The notes: generated by a model from the sequence alone, not told the origin. A DNA stretch of 64,000 nt from Tetramitus jugosus (GCA_937625935.1 OW569385.1:310001-374000); one strand, 5' to 3'. Positions 1 to 13,292 are shown, counted from the first letter of the stretch. Made by a program: numbers and translations.

Positions 1-1
1 T

Positions 2-238
2 TCGCAGAGAGTTCAACAAATTTATGTTCCAAGAGTGTACGGTTTCAAAGTACACGGGTTGAGCCGTGGTGTCCATGGTGCTGCTTCGGGATCAACACAA
101 GCAATAACTAATACTGCCCATAACGCTGCTACTACAAACACTAATAATGATAACAAGAATAATAATTCAAGTCACCCCTTAAACAACGAAAAGAAGAGAG
201 AGGAAGATGCACAGATTATGCAGAGCGATATCCTCTAA
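2..238 (+). CDS. 3' end of a hypothetical protein (partial, runs off window start)
   Basis: Open frame from window edge (SQRVQQIYVPRVYGFKVHGL...) to TAA at 238, with an Asn/Thr-rich tail typical of this genome. Confidence 0.6.
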   Translation, partial: SQRVQQIYVPRVYGFKVHGLSRGVHGAASGSTQAITNTAHNAATTNTNNDNKNNNSSHPLNNEKKREEDAQIMQSDIL

Positions 239-340
239 GTCAACAAATTTTGTACAATCAAATAATTCATTGGTTTAATAATGTATCCTGTGAGATTGCC
301 ATTATTTTTATGATTTGTTTTTGAGATGATTGTAGGAATG

Positions 341-1942
341 TTATGAAGTACTCCGCCATGAAGGTTGAATGCGATGTTGCACGCGCCGTATATCAAAGTT
401 GAACTGCTTTGTTGCGTTGTCTGGACCTTCTTTCTTCAGTTCCTTGACTCTGTTTTGTTGGGAAGTTGTGGGCTGCAAAACTCGCGAAAAATCTCGTTCT
501 GCTTCCACCCGAACCTGATTTGACATTCTCCTGATTCTCTCCTCTCGCTCCATTTGTGCTTGAAACTTCCTATTTCGAAGAAAGTTCATTCGCTGCATGT
601 ATTCCTCTTCTCTCTGTCTCAGTCTTTCGATTTCACCAGGTGAGGCTGGCCTCTGTTGCTTATTTTCCATTTCCTGTATCATTTGTTCTCTTTCAAGTCT
701 ATGCTTCTCCTCTCTTTGGTTCCTTAATTCTTCTAACACAATTCGAGCTTCCTCTCTTCGCTTTCTGACTTCATTCTCCTTCCTCCGTTGTTCCTCTTCT
801 CTCTTAGCCTTTTCTTCCTCTTCCAACTCAAGAACCTGTTGTTCTTTTGTTTCTTTCCAGGCTTCTAGCTTTCTCTTTGTGGCTTCTCGTTGTTTCCTTT
901 CCATTATTTGTTTCTTCTCCTCGTACTCTTGAAGTTTCCTAATCTTCTCTTCCTCTGATACTTCGAAGGATTCAATCTTTTGTTTCTCTCTTGTTTCTCT
1001 CCATTTCTTGATTGCTTCTCTCTTTCGTTCCTGCAATAGAAGTAACTTTTCGTAGAATTCTTCATGCTCTTGCACCGTGACATAGTCTTTGTCTGGTATC
1101 TGTTGAGATGCTAGAGTAAATAATTGTTCCTTGTTTCCTCTCACTTTGGCTCGTATCCGAAGGAATTGAGCGTGATCCCTCTCATCCCATCCTCCATTCA
1201 TACCTCCACTCTCAACCAGAAATGTTTCAAAGTCATTCACTTGACTCGGAACAGATTCTTCTTTTAATTTCTTCCTGTTCATTACGTCAATCTTATGCAT
1301 CTGATACGGGTTATCTAATATTGATTTAGGTTCTTCCTTGTTCTGTTCTTGTTCCCACGCTTTCATCTTTTCTTCGAATTGAACCAAGTCTCTGCCTAAC
1401 AGCTTCTCTTCTACATTTAAAAGTTCATACTTTTCCTTTTCTTCCTGCTTGAATTGCATGATATTCGAGTCTATTTTCTCCATTAACACCCGTACTGTAC
1501 TCAACAGTTTATCAAATCTTCTTTGATTCACTTCCAGGTGCTCTGGTTTATTCGACATAGAACTGGTCAGTTGTTTTCTTGTCTCGGCTTCTGATATACT
1601 TTCCATCAACCTTTTCATTTCTAACTTCAGATCCTCCAAACACTGTTTGATTCGTTGTTCTGTTGAATTGATTATCATTAAAATTACATGGTCCATGATT
1701 CACTCGCACAACAGATACATACTCTCTTTTGTTTCGGTCAATTTCACTATCTGATCGCTCTTACGACAATCCGTGATATCATTCCTCAGCTCTATCATTC
1801 GTGGATGATTCAATAACGTATCGATATCTCTTTGGAATAGCACAGCTCTAACAATACAACAGTGTCATTTAAATGAACACACCACATGTGAACACGGGAG
1901 ATTCCTTACTTGTTTTTCAGCCCAGAATGAGTTTCCTTCCAT
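341..1942 (-). CDS. CCDC112: Coiled-coil domain-containing protein 112-like (centriolar satellite), spliced
   Basis: GGMNGGWDERDHAQFLRIR motif followed by a long E/K/R coiled coil and C-terminal IQPSWR. Small upstream exons have GTAAG/GTATGT donors. The 5' end is approximate. Confidence 0.75.
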
Positions 1943-2059
1943 TTTAGTATCTCAGTTTTCTGAGTTTGTTTCCGAATAGCTACTTGCTCTGCTGTTTCGA
2001 GCATTTGAATCTTGAAGGTATCAATATTTCAGAACTTGTTTGGTTTTTGATGGCGGATT

Positions 2060-3462
2060 TTATTTCGATTGAAGTAACACTTGTATTAGTTTCTCTTGGA
2101 GAGACTGCATGCGAGAATCCATGTGATCCACGTTAGATTCTATGATTTTCATGTTGTTTCCAAAGGTGGCACTCAAATTTTGAAGCACTGAGCCATTGGA
2201 GGTCAGGATGTCTGATATCTCTTGTTGGTGAGCTGTGAGTTTCCGTATGGTCTCTCCGAAGAGAATGGAGTCTTCGTGTGCTGTTTTGAGAGCTTGTAGC
2301 CTTGATGATATTAATGGAACTTGAGAAGCAATGTTGTTCCATGATCTAATCTTGTCCATCATGTCATCTAGTGAGTTAGTCACATCTGGGTCCATGTTTC
2401 TTTTCTTGTTGGCCAGAGTATCCAATTCGTGATTTAGGTTTCTAATCCGTTGAGTCAGAGATTTAATTGTCCCATCATCCAACATACTAACTTTTCTCTC
2501 GATGGCCGACAGAGTTGATTCGACATTCATAATTTCCTATTGGTATTTTAACAAGGGTACTTACGATCAAAAGATGTTCCAAGAAGAGAAATTAACAATA
2601 CCTTGTCAGATGAGGGATGAACTCCAATAATCGACTCCAATGTGTTCAAACGCTTCTCCAACGTCACCAATTTCTCAGATTTCTCGGTTCTGCCTCGTAG
2701 AGCTTCCTGGTTGACCTTCGAATTAGATTCACTTGTTGTTCGACTCTCTACCTCTTCTTTCAACTCTTTTGAATCCACAATTGCTTTCTCGTACTGTGCG
2801 ACTTTCGTTAGTAGATGATCTGTGAGTTTCTTTTGAGCTGAGAAGTTAACCGCAGCTTGTATCGAAGAGGTTGGTTGAAGAAAGACTGATAATACTTCGC
2901 TTCTTCCTAGTGTATCCAGTTTGTCCTTCATTTTCTGTGCGCTATTAGTGACATTAAGCTCTTTCATCTCCTTGGCAACGAAACTATCACTCTCCTGTTG
3001 TACAAAGATTGCTCATGAGAAATTATGTACATGCATGAGTAAGGAACAAAAGCAATTGGAACAAACCTTAGAGGACAATAACTCCATATCATTAGAAAAC
3101 TGTTCGATCTCAAACTGAAGTCTCTGATATCTTTGGAATGGAGTTTCCTTGTCAAAGGTGTTGCTGGGAAGAGTCCTGCCTTCACTCAACTCTTGACGAG
3201 AAACTATAGATTGCCGATATCCCGAATGACCACTGCCATTGGATCCAACCTCGAAAAATTGATAGCTCTTTGAGGGATCCACCGGAGTATAGTCAATATT
3301 CTTTGTTTGAGCTTGGCTCGCTCTTTCCAGTTGTTCTTCCTTTACATTCTGGTCAAAATTGTCCTTGGAAGGTATGTATTCGTAGGTGTCTGTAGTTTTG
3401 ACAAATTGACCCTTGATGTAATCAGATAACGAAGCGATCACACTACTACCTGTTTCGTTCAT
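2060..3462 (-). CDS. DCTN2: Dynactin subunit 2 (dynamitin/p50), three exons
   Basis: ETPFQRYQRLQFEIEQF, LEKRLNTLESIIG and LQALKTAHED motifs across ORFs 3013-3462, 2548-2967 and 2060-2530, which can be joined by short GT-AG introns. Confidence 0.8.
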
Positions 3463-3720
3463 TCTGCGTGTGGGATGTTCTCAAAATCTCCGAAGTGAGT
3501 ACTGTAGATTTTCGAACCACAAATTGGGCGCGACCACATTCTTGTCACAAGCCTCTCAATCGAATGAAAAGATCTTCGATGCATCTCAATTGAAATAGAG
3601 GGTGCACTCCACGAGAAACACTTCACTGTGATCACATTGGTTCATTCTACTCATTGTAAAGTTTCAAATGAGAGTTTCCCCGACAGAAGAACGCAATCAA
3701 AAAAAGAAGAAAGAACAACA

Positions 3721-5764
3721 ATGTCATCATCAGCTGCATCCAACACACTAAAGGAGAAACTGATCCAATTCGTGAATCAAGGCGAGCATGACGAAGTTTT
3801 GGATATTGCCGAGAAGAGTATGTTGCCATCTCATCATTGCTTTCATGTTTTACTTGAAAAAGCTTTTGAAGTGTTCTTGATCCAAAAGAAGCTAACAATC
3901 ATTTTTTTCAGTTTTGAAAAAGAAGAATGATGACCCATTGGTTCGTCAATGCAAGAGAATTGCGCTCATCCAAAAGGGCGAATTCAAAAAAGCTCTGGAC
4001 ATGATGACTGCTGCTGATGACAGCAATGATGAATATGCCTTCCAAAAAGCTTATTGTCTCTATCGATTGAACAAGTGTCAGGAATCACATGAGATTGTGA
4101 GTGATTTGTTGAAGAATCATGGCAATTCTTCATCTGCTTCTCCATTTATTCATCATTTGAAGGCTCAGATCGAGTACAAGATGGGTCAATATGATCAATC
4201 TGTTCACTCGTATCAAGCCATTCAAGGAAATGCAAAATTGGAGTTGGATCATGATGAATTTTTGACCAATTTTAGTGCTGCTTACACTATGGATCACAAG
4301 TATGACTCAGCTCTGAGCACGTGCAAGCAAGGAGAGACCTACGAATTGGCTTACAATGCCTCTTGTGCTGCTATTGGTCTCAAGCAATATGAAAAGAGTA
4401 TTTCATTGTTGAAGGAGGCTGAAACCAAGTGCAGAAAGGTGGCAAAGTCTGATGGATTGAACGAACAGGAGACTGACAATGAATTGACTGCCATTTTGGT
4501 TCAAACAGCTTGTGTGAAGCAATTGACTGGTGATTCTGATGGTGCATTGGATATTTATAGAGAGATTTTGAACAAGAAACCATCGGATAAGGTGGCACTT
4601 GTTGTTGCAATGAACAACTCATTGTCTATTCACTCTGAGAGACAAGACGAAGAGAGCAAGAAGAGTCTTTTTGATACTGAGAAGAAACTCAAGTTGGCAA
4701 CACAGGAAAAGGTCAAGGACAAGTTGACAACTGAACAAAAGAAGGGTCTTGACTTGAATATTGCGCTCCTCCATTTGCAAATGAACAAATTGGCTGATGC
4801 GCGATCTGAAATTACTCTCCTTGCTGAACAGATGCCAAACAGTGAAGTACCAGTCATTTTGCAGGCTGCTCTTTTGTTGAAGGAGAAGAAGCCAAAGGAA
4901 GCGATCGCTGTTTTGGAAAGGTTTTTGGCAGAGAACAAGGGCAACAATGAACACGTTTTGTTGTCTTTGGTTCAAATCCGATTGGACAGAGAAGAGTGGT
5001 CCGAGGCCGCAAAGCTGCTCCAAGACTCACCAATCAGCAATAATCCAGCCATTGTACGTATACTGACTGACTTGTACCAGAAGACTGGAGATTCCAAGTC
5101 TCGCCTCAATGTACTATCTAATGCTATCAAATACTGGCAGCAAGAATATGAAAAGTCAAAGGACGAAGAAACAAAAGCAAAGCTTGTGAGCACATGCCTT
5201 GCTTCTGCCAAGTTGCAAGAAGAGCAACGCAAACACAGGGAAGCTGCGCAAACATACAAAACACTCGCTGATTTGGACAGCAAGAGAAGAACTGAATTCT
5301 ATGCCAGAATGGTCAATGCTATGACATTCTACGATATGGAAGAAGCTGAAAAGCACTTGTCTCAACTCCCAGCTGTTCCAACCGATTTGTTAAATGTAGA
5401 TGACTTGGAAGCAAACAAGACCCATCCATTCGGTGACTATCAAAAGATCAAGGTTGCCAGCAAGCCAGCTGACCAAGAAGCAAAGAAGAAGAGCTCAAAG
5501 AAAAAGAGGAAGAACAAGTTGCCAAGCGATCTGTCCAAACCAATTGATCCAAACCGATGGGTGTCCAAGAAGGTCAAGAAGCAGACTCAGACAAGAACGA
5601 CTGGTTTTGGAACTCAAGGATCCAGTGAAGGCAAGGAGGCTCTCCAACACGAAAAGGGACAAAAGACGATACATAGACCAGAACAAGTGCTCGGAGCCAC
5701 CAAGGCAGCTGCTGCTCAAAAGACCAAAGGTAAAGGCAAGGGCAAAGGAAAAGGCAGAAAATAA
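3721..5764 (+). CDS. SRP72: Signal recognition particle subunit SRP72
   Basis: TPR array with FQKAYCLYRLN and YELAYNASC, then a Lys-rich RNA-binding tail KKKRKNKLP..PIDPNRW. Intron 3818-3911 (GTATGT...TTTCAG) restores the frame. Confidence 0.93.
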
Positions 5765-5792
5765 ATGCTTGCACACTCGTTTGTAATTTAAT

Positions 5793-7193
5793 TTAATAAG
5801 GCTTGAATTGCTTGTTGTTCTTCATCTGCTCAATCAATTGCTTATCCTGTTCGAACTTTTGTCTCAATAATTCAATTTCCTTCTTCTTGGATTCAGCTCT
5901 CTGATACTTGTAGAATGGCATTTCGACCTGATCCTTGAATTTGGATGGTCTCTTGGCGCTTGCGTTCTTCTGCAAAATATCTTCCTTTTGTGGTGGAGGT
6001 AAGTGTCTCTTGCCCTTTGGTGCAATGACCTTGGTCCATCCATCCTTGTCTGTCTGACCTCTCAGAGCTTCAATCAACTCTTCCTCATTCTTCTCAGTTT
6101 GATCAAAGTGCATCATCCATTGATTGATTGATGACTTGACAGTTTCAACTCTATCCTTTGTCACTTGATTGCTTCTGTGCTCATTGGCATAGCGCTCCAG
6201 TCCTGTGCATGCAGAGTCACTCTTTTCAAAGGCGAACAGTGGCCTCCGTTTGTTGTTGTTGCTTTCAGTTTCACCATCAACAGCAAACAACTCTGGTGCA
6301 ATCAGAGTTTCATTCATCTTGTTTGCTTCATTGAGAATGACATGGACTGTTCCACTGGATAGGAAATGGTTGGTCTTGCAGTCAGAGAATGGAGAGTCGA
6401 CACTATTGTTGAGTACAACAGTTTCTTCACCTTTTTCTAGGGCTTGTTGGTGCTGCTTCTCCAAATCACTAAAGATACACTTGTTTAGCTTTGCATCAAA
6501 AGCTTTTTCAAAAAATTGTGTAATGCTCTGTGGTGTTTCATTGTATGGAACGTTGGTCAGAAACAGTGTTTGATCCTTTGATCGCTTTTCAATAAGCTTT
6601 TTCAGTTGTTCGTCCTCTTGTTCTTCTGTAGTTTCACTCTTGGCGCCATTTTCTCCCTCCATCAAAAGCTTTTGATTGAACATAGAAGTAAATTGTTGAT
6701 CATTGTGCTTCAACACGCCAAAATGTTTCTTGTAAAATAAGTAACGCAAAAATGGCGCGTCGGAGGAATTGTCGGAGAGGCGATTCGCGAAAACAATTGG
6801 GAACTTGGAGAGGGAGTTTTGCACCCAATCGAACTCATCATCAGAATCAGAATCACTGCTACTGTCATCAGAATCAGATTGTGCCTGTTGTTTTGATGCA
6901 TTTCGTTTCTTCATGTGATTTTGAATGGTTTGATTCACTTTTTTTTGTTGATTTTGAGGGACAATTCGTCTCACGAACAATGAATTTTCCAAAATATCAA
7001 ATGGATTTCTCTTCTTTGCTTGTTGTTGAGACTTTGTTGTCGCAGCATCTTCACTTAATTGTTGTTTTGTTGTTGTTTGTGTTTGGAGCTTTTGCTTCTT
7101 GTTGTTGGTTTCATTTTGGTGGTGAGTGGAGGGTGTTGTTGATGACAACGACGATGATGACCTCGTTCGCTTCTTGCTTTGGTGATTGGACAT
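5793..7193 (-). CDS. RRP7: Ribosomal RNA-processing protein 7
   Basis: TLFLTNVP RRM-like strand, DKDGWTKV, and C-terminal FYKYQRAESKKKEIELLRQKFEQDK...FKPY. Confidence 0.9.
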   Translation of the reverse strand: MSNHQSKKRTRSSSSLSSTTPSTHHQNETNNKKQKLQTQTTTKQQLSEDAATTKSQQQAKKRNPFDILENSLFVRRIVPQNQQKKVNQTIQNHMKKRNASKQQAQSDSDDSSSDSDSDDEFDWVQNSLSKFPIVFANRLSDNSSDAPFLRYLFYKKHFGVLKHNDQQFTSMFNQKLLMEGENGAKSETTEEQEDEQLKKLIEKRSKDQTLFLTNVPYNETPQSITQFFEKAFDAKLNKCIFSDLEKQHQQALEKGEETVVLNNSVDSPFSDCKTNHFLSSGTVHVILNEANKMNETLIAPELFAVDGETESNNNKRRPLFAFEKSDSACTGLERYANEHRSNQVTKDRVETVKSSINQWMMHFDQTEKNEEELIEALRGQTDKDGWTKVIAPKGKRHLPPPQKEDILQKNASAKRPSKFKDQVEMPFYKYQRAESKKKEIELLRQKFEQDKQLIEQMKNNKQFKPY

Positions 7194-7286
7194 TTCACTA
7201 TGTTTGTTTTTGTTGTTGTTTTTTGCGCTTGTGTGAAAAAAATGAAGTGTGCAGAGATTGGTTGAATGTTCATTGAAATAAATATA

Positions 7287-9971
7287 TTATTGTTCGATGT
7301 TGTTGAGCTTGAGAATCATGGTGGAAATGTTGTCCATTGATCTGAGAGCAAGTGCAAAGTCACGTAGAGCTGCACTGACAAAACTGAGCTTCTCATAGTC
7401 TTCTTTTTCCTGGATTCTTGCTGGAAGTTGATTCCAGGTGTCGACGACGAATTGAGCTGCTTCATGGTCCTTCAGTACATCCCAAACACCGTCACAAGCC
7501 AGAATGATAAACTGGTGCTTCGTTGGATCAATTGTGAAGGATGTGATGTAGGCCTCAGAGCAAATAGCGGGTCTTTGTGCATGATCTCCAATGCTTCGAC
7601 TCACACCATATCCATTCACACGGTTATCGTGTACACAGGAACCAGCTTGTCTGATACGTTTCTTCTCGAACAGTGCTCTTGGCTTATGATCGATTGTTAT
7701 ACGTTGAGCTAAGTTGTCTTGTTGGGTCTGACTCTCAGATTTCCGAACAAGGACAATTCTAGAATCTCCAATATTGGCACAAATACATCGGTTATGATTA
7801 ATAATCATGCAGACAATAGCGGTACATCCATCATCGTACTTGGTCTCGAGAACATCTCGATCCATCTTTTCAAGTGCAAGTCTCATGACTTTTTGCTCAA
7901 CATCCTCTTGATCAACACCACTTTCCAATTCAGACAAATGAGATTTGATCACATCACATAGCACATTTGTGAATCGTGTTGATACAAAGTTAACAGTCTT
8001 GTCTCCTGCGTGACCATCAAAAATAGCATACAATTGGACATGCAACTTATCTGATCCAGTATCCAAATTGTTTTTAAGGATATAGCTGTCTTCCATTGTT
8101 GGTCTCATTCCAATCGTGTGAGCTGTACCACTCGACACAGATCCGTTATTGTCACTCGTGTTGTTTGAAATAGCAGTATCCATGAACTTGACGTCCTGAT
8201 TGAATTCGAGCTGGACATCAAGTGAGGAGCACTGACGATTCAGCAACTCGGTATAAAATTGGCTCACATTTACTCCTTCGAAAGCAAAATTGTTATGAGA
8301 AAGATCCAACAAAGTGAGCAAACCAAACCTCGAACTATCTGCGTTCAAGAATCCCTTCGGCAGTGAATCATCAGACAATTCATTCCCAAATAGAGAAAGC
8401 ATCTTCAGATCAAGGAATATTTCGCTTGGAACTGATTTTAATTCGTTGAGACCGGCGTGAAGTGCTCTGAGATTATTCTTAATAGTAAGCACCATTGGCA
8501 AACTAGTCAATTTGTTACCTGTCACGACTAACTGACTTAGTTGAGGAACACAATCATGGAACTCGTTTTCATGTTCAAACATATCCTCAAGCGATGTAAA
8601 CTGATTGAAACCTAGATTTAACCGATATAAACGGCCCACATGCTTGCCCAACAATTCGAGTGAAAATGTTTCATTGCTCAAGTTGTTATTGGCCAAGAAT
8701 AAATCCTGGAGATTGGTCCAACTTGCAAACACATCATTCGATATAGACTCTATCCGATTATTTGTCAAATCGAGCACTGCCAATGACTTTATATTCGAAA
8801 AGGAAGCAGGCAAACCAGTCAACATATTGTATGCAATTTCGACGTGCACCAATGAACTCAATCCATCAATCATATCCGGTAAATGAGTCAATTCATTCTG
8901 AGAAAGATACAGCTTTTCCAAAGAAGATATAGTACAAAATTCGTCTGGCAAGATTGACAACTTGTTATCCACGAGTGACAACGTTTTCAACTTTGGAAAC
9001 ACATTTCCACAAAAAACATTCGGCTCGAGCATGGACAACTTGTTCGACGTCAAATCCAACTCTGTCAAGCAACTCATGTTGACCGATGCGTCCAAACCGC
9101 GACAGAAACTCTCAATTCGATTCAAACTTATATCCAAAACAGATAACTGTTGATGGAGCTCTAATAAACTACAGGGGACATGAACCGTTGACTTTGTCTC
9201 AAGCATATAATTGTAACATGATGATAATTTGAGAGATTTGAGTGCCTTGATCTGACACTTTGTCCTATCAGTCAAAAACGGAATAAATTGTTCAACATCG
9301 ATACACGGATTCGATCTCAAATCAACAGTCACCAGATTCATGCATGATCCCAACGATTCAGGCATCCGTTCAATATGATTTGCAAACAAGAACAATTTTT
9401 GCAGTTGAGGAAACACTTGACCCCAATCAAACATTGTTGAATCAATGCACTCCAAGCAACTGTATGCACTATGAATCTCCTCCACGGACAACACACCATA
9501 ACCATGCAATTTCAAAAAGGCAGCAAACGGCCATTCCTTGATCTGATTACTCGCCAAGCTCACATCCTTGATTGTAAAATTCTTGACTTGTTCTTCAGTG
9601 GGCACAATCATTGTTGTTGTGGCACTTCTTCTCCTTGTTCCTTGTTGATCACTGCCTTTCTTTTTATTTTTTGAATTTTTCACCTTGGGAGAAGAAGGTG
9701 TAATGGAAGAAGGTGATGATGGTGACGATGATGATGATGATTCGTTCAAAGCTTGGTGATCATGTTGTTGTGTCGATATTGCAACGATCAACTGTTGTTC
9801 AATGTACTCAATGAGCTCATCTGGGAATTGAGTGAGATTGCACCGTGTCAAATTGAGTGTTTGATACTGTAGAAGCTTATGGATGGTTTGTTCGTATTTT
9901 TTGGCGCGTTGAGAATAATAGAAATCGTCCAGTAATTGACGGTTATTTGGTTTGCTGTTTCGCGATCCCAT
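7287..9971 (-). CDS. Leucine-rich-repeat PP2C (PPM) protein phosphatase, probably N-myristoylated
   Basis: MGSRNS N-terminus and many LxxLxLxxN repeats. PP2C motifs MED, FDGHAG, NIGDSR, LACDGVWD and DNIS are intact. Confidence 0.92.
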   Translation of the reverse strand: MGSRNSKPNNRQLLDDFYYSQRAKKYEQTIHKLLQYQTLNLTRCNLTQFPDELIEYIEQQLIVAISTQQHDHQALNESSSSSSPSSPSSITPSSPKVKNSKNKKKGSDQQGTRRRSATTTMIVPTEEQVKNFTIKDVSLASNQIKEWPFAAFLKLHGYGVLSVEEIHSAYSCLECIDSTMFDWGQVFPQLQKLFLFANHIERMPESLGSCMNLVTVDLRSNPCIDVEQFIPFLTDRTKCQIKALKSLKLSSCYNYMLETKSTVHVPCSLLELHQQLSVLDISLNRIESFCRGLDASVNMSCLTELDLTSNKLSMLEPNVFCGNVFPKLKTLSLVDNKLSILPDEFCTISSLEKLYLSQNELTHLPDMIDGLSSLVHVEIAYNMLTGLPASFSNIKSLAVLDLTNNRIESISNDVFASWTNLQDLFLANNNLSNETFSLELLGKHVGRLYRLNLGFNQFTSLEDMFEHENEFHDCVPQLSQLVVTGNKLTSLPMVLTIKNNLRALHAGLNELKSVPSEIFLDLKMLSLFGNELSDDSLPKGFLNADSSRFGLLTLLDLSHNNFAFEGVNVSQFYTELLNRQCSSLDVQLEFNQDVKFMDTAISNNTSDNNGSVSSGTAHTIGMRPTMEDSYILKNNLDTGSDKLHVQLYAIFDGHAGDKTVNFVSTRFTNVLCDVIKSHLSELESGVDQEDVEQKVMRLALEKMDRDVLETKYDDGCTAIVCMIINHNRCICANIGDSRIVLVRKSESQTQQDNLAQRITIDHKPRALFEKKRIRQAGSCVHDNRVNGYGVSRSIGDHAQRPAICSEAYITSFTIDPTKHQFIILACDGVWDVLKDHEAAQFVVDTWNQLPARIQEKEDYEKLSFVSAALRDFALALRSMDNISTMILKLNNIEQ

Positions 9972-10384
9972 TCTTCACGTGTGTGACAACAGTCAAATGT
10001 AACACAATCGATAATAACCAACAATAATTCAACGGTGGTGATATTTCGTTGTTTTGGTTGGTTTGGCGGAAACTGAAAAAACGTGGAAGGACTATTTATT
10101 GACAGGTGATGGATATGTTGCACCTTGATACCTTGCATAGCAAAACAAGTTGAATTGTTGCAGAGCGAACCATCTTGAACAAGTGAGTAAATGTTTAGTA
10201 AGGATATTGATGGCTGGAGATATCAAATCTATCCGCCCTAGTACTTTCTCGAGCAAACTTGTGAGGAGGAATTTTTCAACCAATCCTTGTTCAATTATTA
10301 TTAACGTAGGAGGAAAAGATCAATTAAAGCCCCAATGCGAGTTGTGGAGCGATTGTCACTGGAAGTCATGGATGTTATTACCTT

Positions 10385-11428
10385 TTAAGCAATCTTGATC
10401 GATTGTTCCAACTTCATCTAACAGTTTTCACTTCCGTTTCTAAGTGTCAGTCGCATACAATCAACTGAAGAAGAACCAACAGAGATCTGATACGGCAATT
10501 CCCTTACCGGGTCATTAACATCAATTTGATGATCCTCCTTCTCAGACAGACTTGATTGGTCCTGAACCCCTAGTATTGTTGGATTGAGTTCAATGGAATC
10601 AGATGAAACCAGAGGGCTAAGATTGATGGATATTGATCCATGAGTAACAATGTTTGGAATAGTGTGTGATACTGGTGGAGTTGATGGAGTAGGTACATGT
10701 TGATTCGCGCTACACATTGAATCTTGTGTCTCCAAATGTTTCTCTGCAAAATCGAACATGTAGTCCAATGATTGCATGTTCCATCTCTTCATAGAAGAAT
10801 CGTACAGTACTGGCCGACTAGGAGTACCTGGACTAGGTGGTACGTCCTCTGGTGGTGGAGGAATATAGGGTGTTTCTTGTTTCTTTTCGGTCACTTGTGT
10901 TTGTTCGACGGTTTTAGTAGTGGTAGCTTGTCTTCTCCTTGTCCTTTTCTCCATCCGAAGAACAATCTGTCTGATGAGTGTATGAGCACAAGCGACTATC
11001 AAGTATCCTACACCAATGGAACATACTGTCCACAACATCCATATCGTTGCCATGATTGCTCCAACGAGACCAGGTGATTCAGCTGTCATGACAACAAAAA
11101 CACTGATGCCAGCAGCAACACCAGTGGTCATCAAGAAAGTGGATATCAGTATCGCTAGCACGAGACATGTCCTTACAATAGCTTCACTATGGTAAGATAA
11201 TTTTTCATCAACGCCCAACTGGGACGAACAACAACAGAATAGACTCGTGGTCAAGCAATAGTGTCTCTCTTTCTTTGATTTTCGGTATTGTGAAGTTCGC
11301 CGCCTCTGCGACGTCTGACCATTTCTCCTTCTCCTATTTCTTTCATCTTCTTGTGGAGTATTGGCCCTGGCGAAGATGCTTCTGTTTATACTTGTGTCTA
11401 ATGATGTGTTGTGATTAATTGTTGGCAT
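10385..11428 (-). CDS. Hypothetical membrane protein (two TM helices, Cys-rich juxtamembrane, Pro-rich tail)
   Basis: 336-aa ORF with two hydrophobic segments. A probable intron 10418-10507 (GTAAGG...TGTTAG) adds terminal exon MKLEQSIKIA*. Confidence 0.6.
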
Positions 11429-11841
11429 TATTATTTCTATCCAAAGAGTTGTGAGAGCTTGCTTTGTTCAGAGACAAAACTATTCGATTACACTTCGATA
11501 TTGTGTGCTGTAATTATCTAGTTGGTGGGAGCCTTTTGCTGGATGTGGTGTGTTTTGGCCTTTGGACTTATGAGCCAGACAGATTCCTATTCTTATGCAT
11601 TGGGCGGACAACCTGCAGGAACATTAAAAGCGGCATCTACAACAACGCATGTGTTTTATTTTTGGTTTTTTTTGCGTAAAGCCGCAAGCGGGAAAACTTT
11701 CTTCTTGCTAGTTCCGCCAACAATACAAAAATCGCACTTCGACCCTAGATTTTCTTCACAGAGACAGACAGAACACAGCTTTGTGCAGATCAGAAGAAAG
11801 AATCATACGAAAAGAATACAGTCACAACGCCGAAACAAAAC

Positions 11842-13040
11842 ATGATAGCTTCATCCATCAAAAACCGTTCATTGCTCCAATTCAAAGCACATTTCATCAC
11901 AGCAACAGTCAACCACAACGACCACCGTCATGATCCTCAATCTCATCAACAAGTGAAAAAAACAAGTACAATACGTCTGTTTTCATCTTCGCTCATCTAT
12001 GGTGGTTCCAGACAATTACCCACGCTACTTCTTCGCAACAACAATCATCTGCGACAAAACACGAGCGCAATATCTCAAAAAACAACAACAACGACAGCAT
12101 CACCATGGATCCACTATCACAACCGATCACTCCAACAACAACAACAACAAGTGAGAACATTCTTTCCATTACCTAATTTCTCACCTCTGAAATCATCACC
12201 ATTGTCCTCTCAACCTCAGCCAGGTATCGTGTATATTGAAGAACGGATCATGGGATACACACCTTCTCAAGTGTTTAATGTGGTGGCCAATGTGAATAAC
12301 TATAAGCTTTTCTTGCCTCATGTCAAGGACTCTATCATAACGACTCAGAATAATGTATGTTTGTGTGTGAAGCCTGTTGCGTTTGTGTTCGCGCGTTTTT
12401 TGTATTTTTCATTGTAAAGTTTGTGGCGGCTAATCCCTTTTGTGTATAGGGTGAGATGGAAGCTGTGTTAACTGTAGGATATCCTCCATTCTATGAGAGC
12501 TACTTGTCTCATATTCGCTTTAGCAACCCTCATTTCGTCAATGCAGAGTCAAAATCTGGAAAGCTCTTTTCGCACTTGAGGAATCGATGGGAGATGCATC
12601 CAGTGTATCCTGGACAACATCACTCATCATCCACAGCATCAGGTCATCACCTCCACCATCATCATCATCATGAACAGCATCACCATGCTTCTCATCAAGC
12701 TGTAGCTCCACATGCCACAAGGCTAAAGTTCCTCGTGGAATTTGAGTTTGCTTCACAGTGGTATCAGACTGTAGCAAACATGTTTTTCAAGTTCTTGGTC
12801 AATAGCATGACAGATGCGTTTGAAAAGAGATGTCGAGAAGTGTATGGACCACCATCGATTCCTTCCAAAAAGATTTATGACAAGCAGATTTCATTGGACG
12901 AGTACAAGAGGATACAACAGCAGCACAAACAAAAGATGGAACAGCAGCAGAAGCAACAAATGAGAACAACATCTCATCATCACCCTCAATCTCACACTAC
13001 ACACACTGTTCATCATCACTCACAGAGCAGTGCTCATTAG
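11842..13040 (+). CDS. COQ10: Coenzyme Q-binding protein COQ10 (START/polyketide cyclase fold), mitochondrial
   Basis: YTPSQVFNVVANVNNYKLFLPHVKDS, VGYPPFYESYLS and AFEKRCREVYG motifs. In-frame intron 12355-12449. Presequence-like N-terminus. Confidence 0.88.
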
Positions 13041-13292
13041 ATGTTTCAAGTGAACCAAATACAATTTACTTTTTTCTCCTCCATTTTTTCCATTGTAAAC
13101 ATGTCAACCAAGATCATCCCCGATTATTTTCCGCCCAAACAATTTTGTTGCACACGCGACATCATTTTTCTCTCCTGCTGTTGCGACGACGCATAAACAC
13201 AAAGCTTTTAGGAATCATCATTTGAAGTTTTTGCCCTTCACCACCAACAACAACAAAAAAAACACACATACGCACACACACACACAAAAAAA

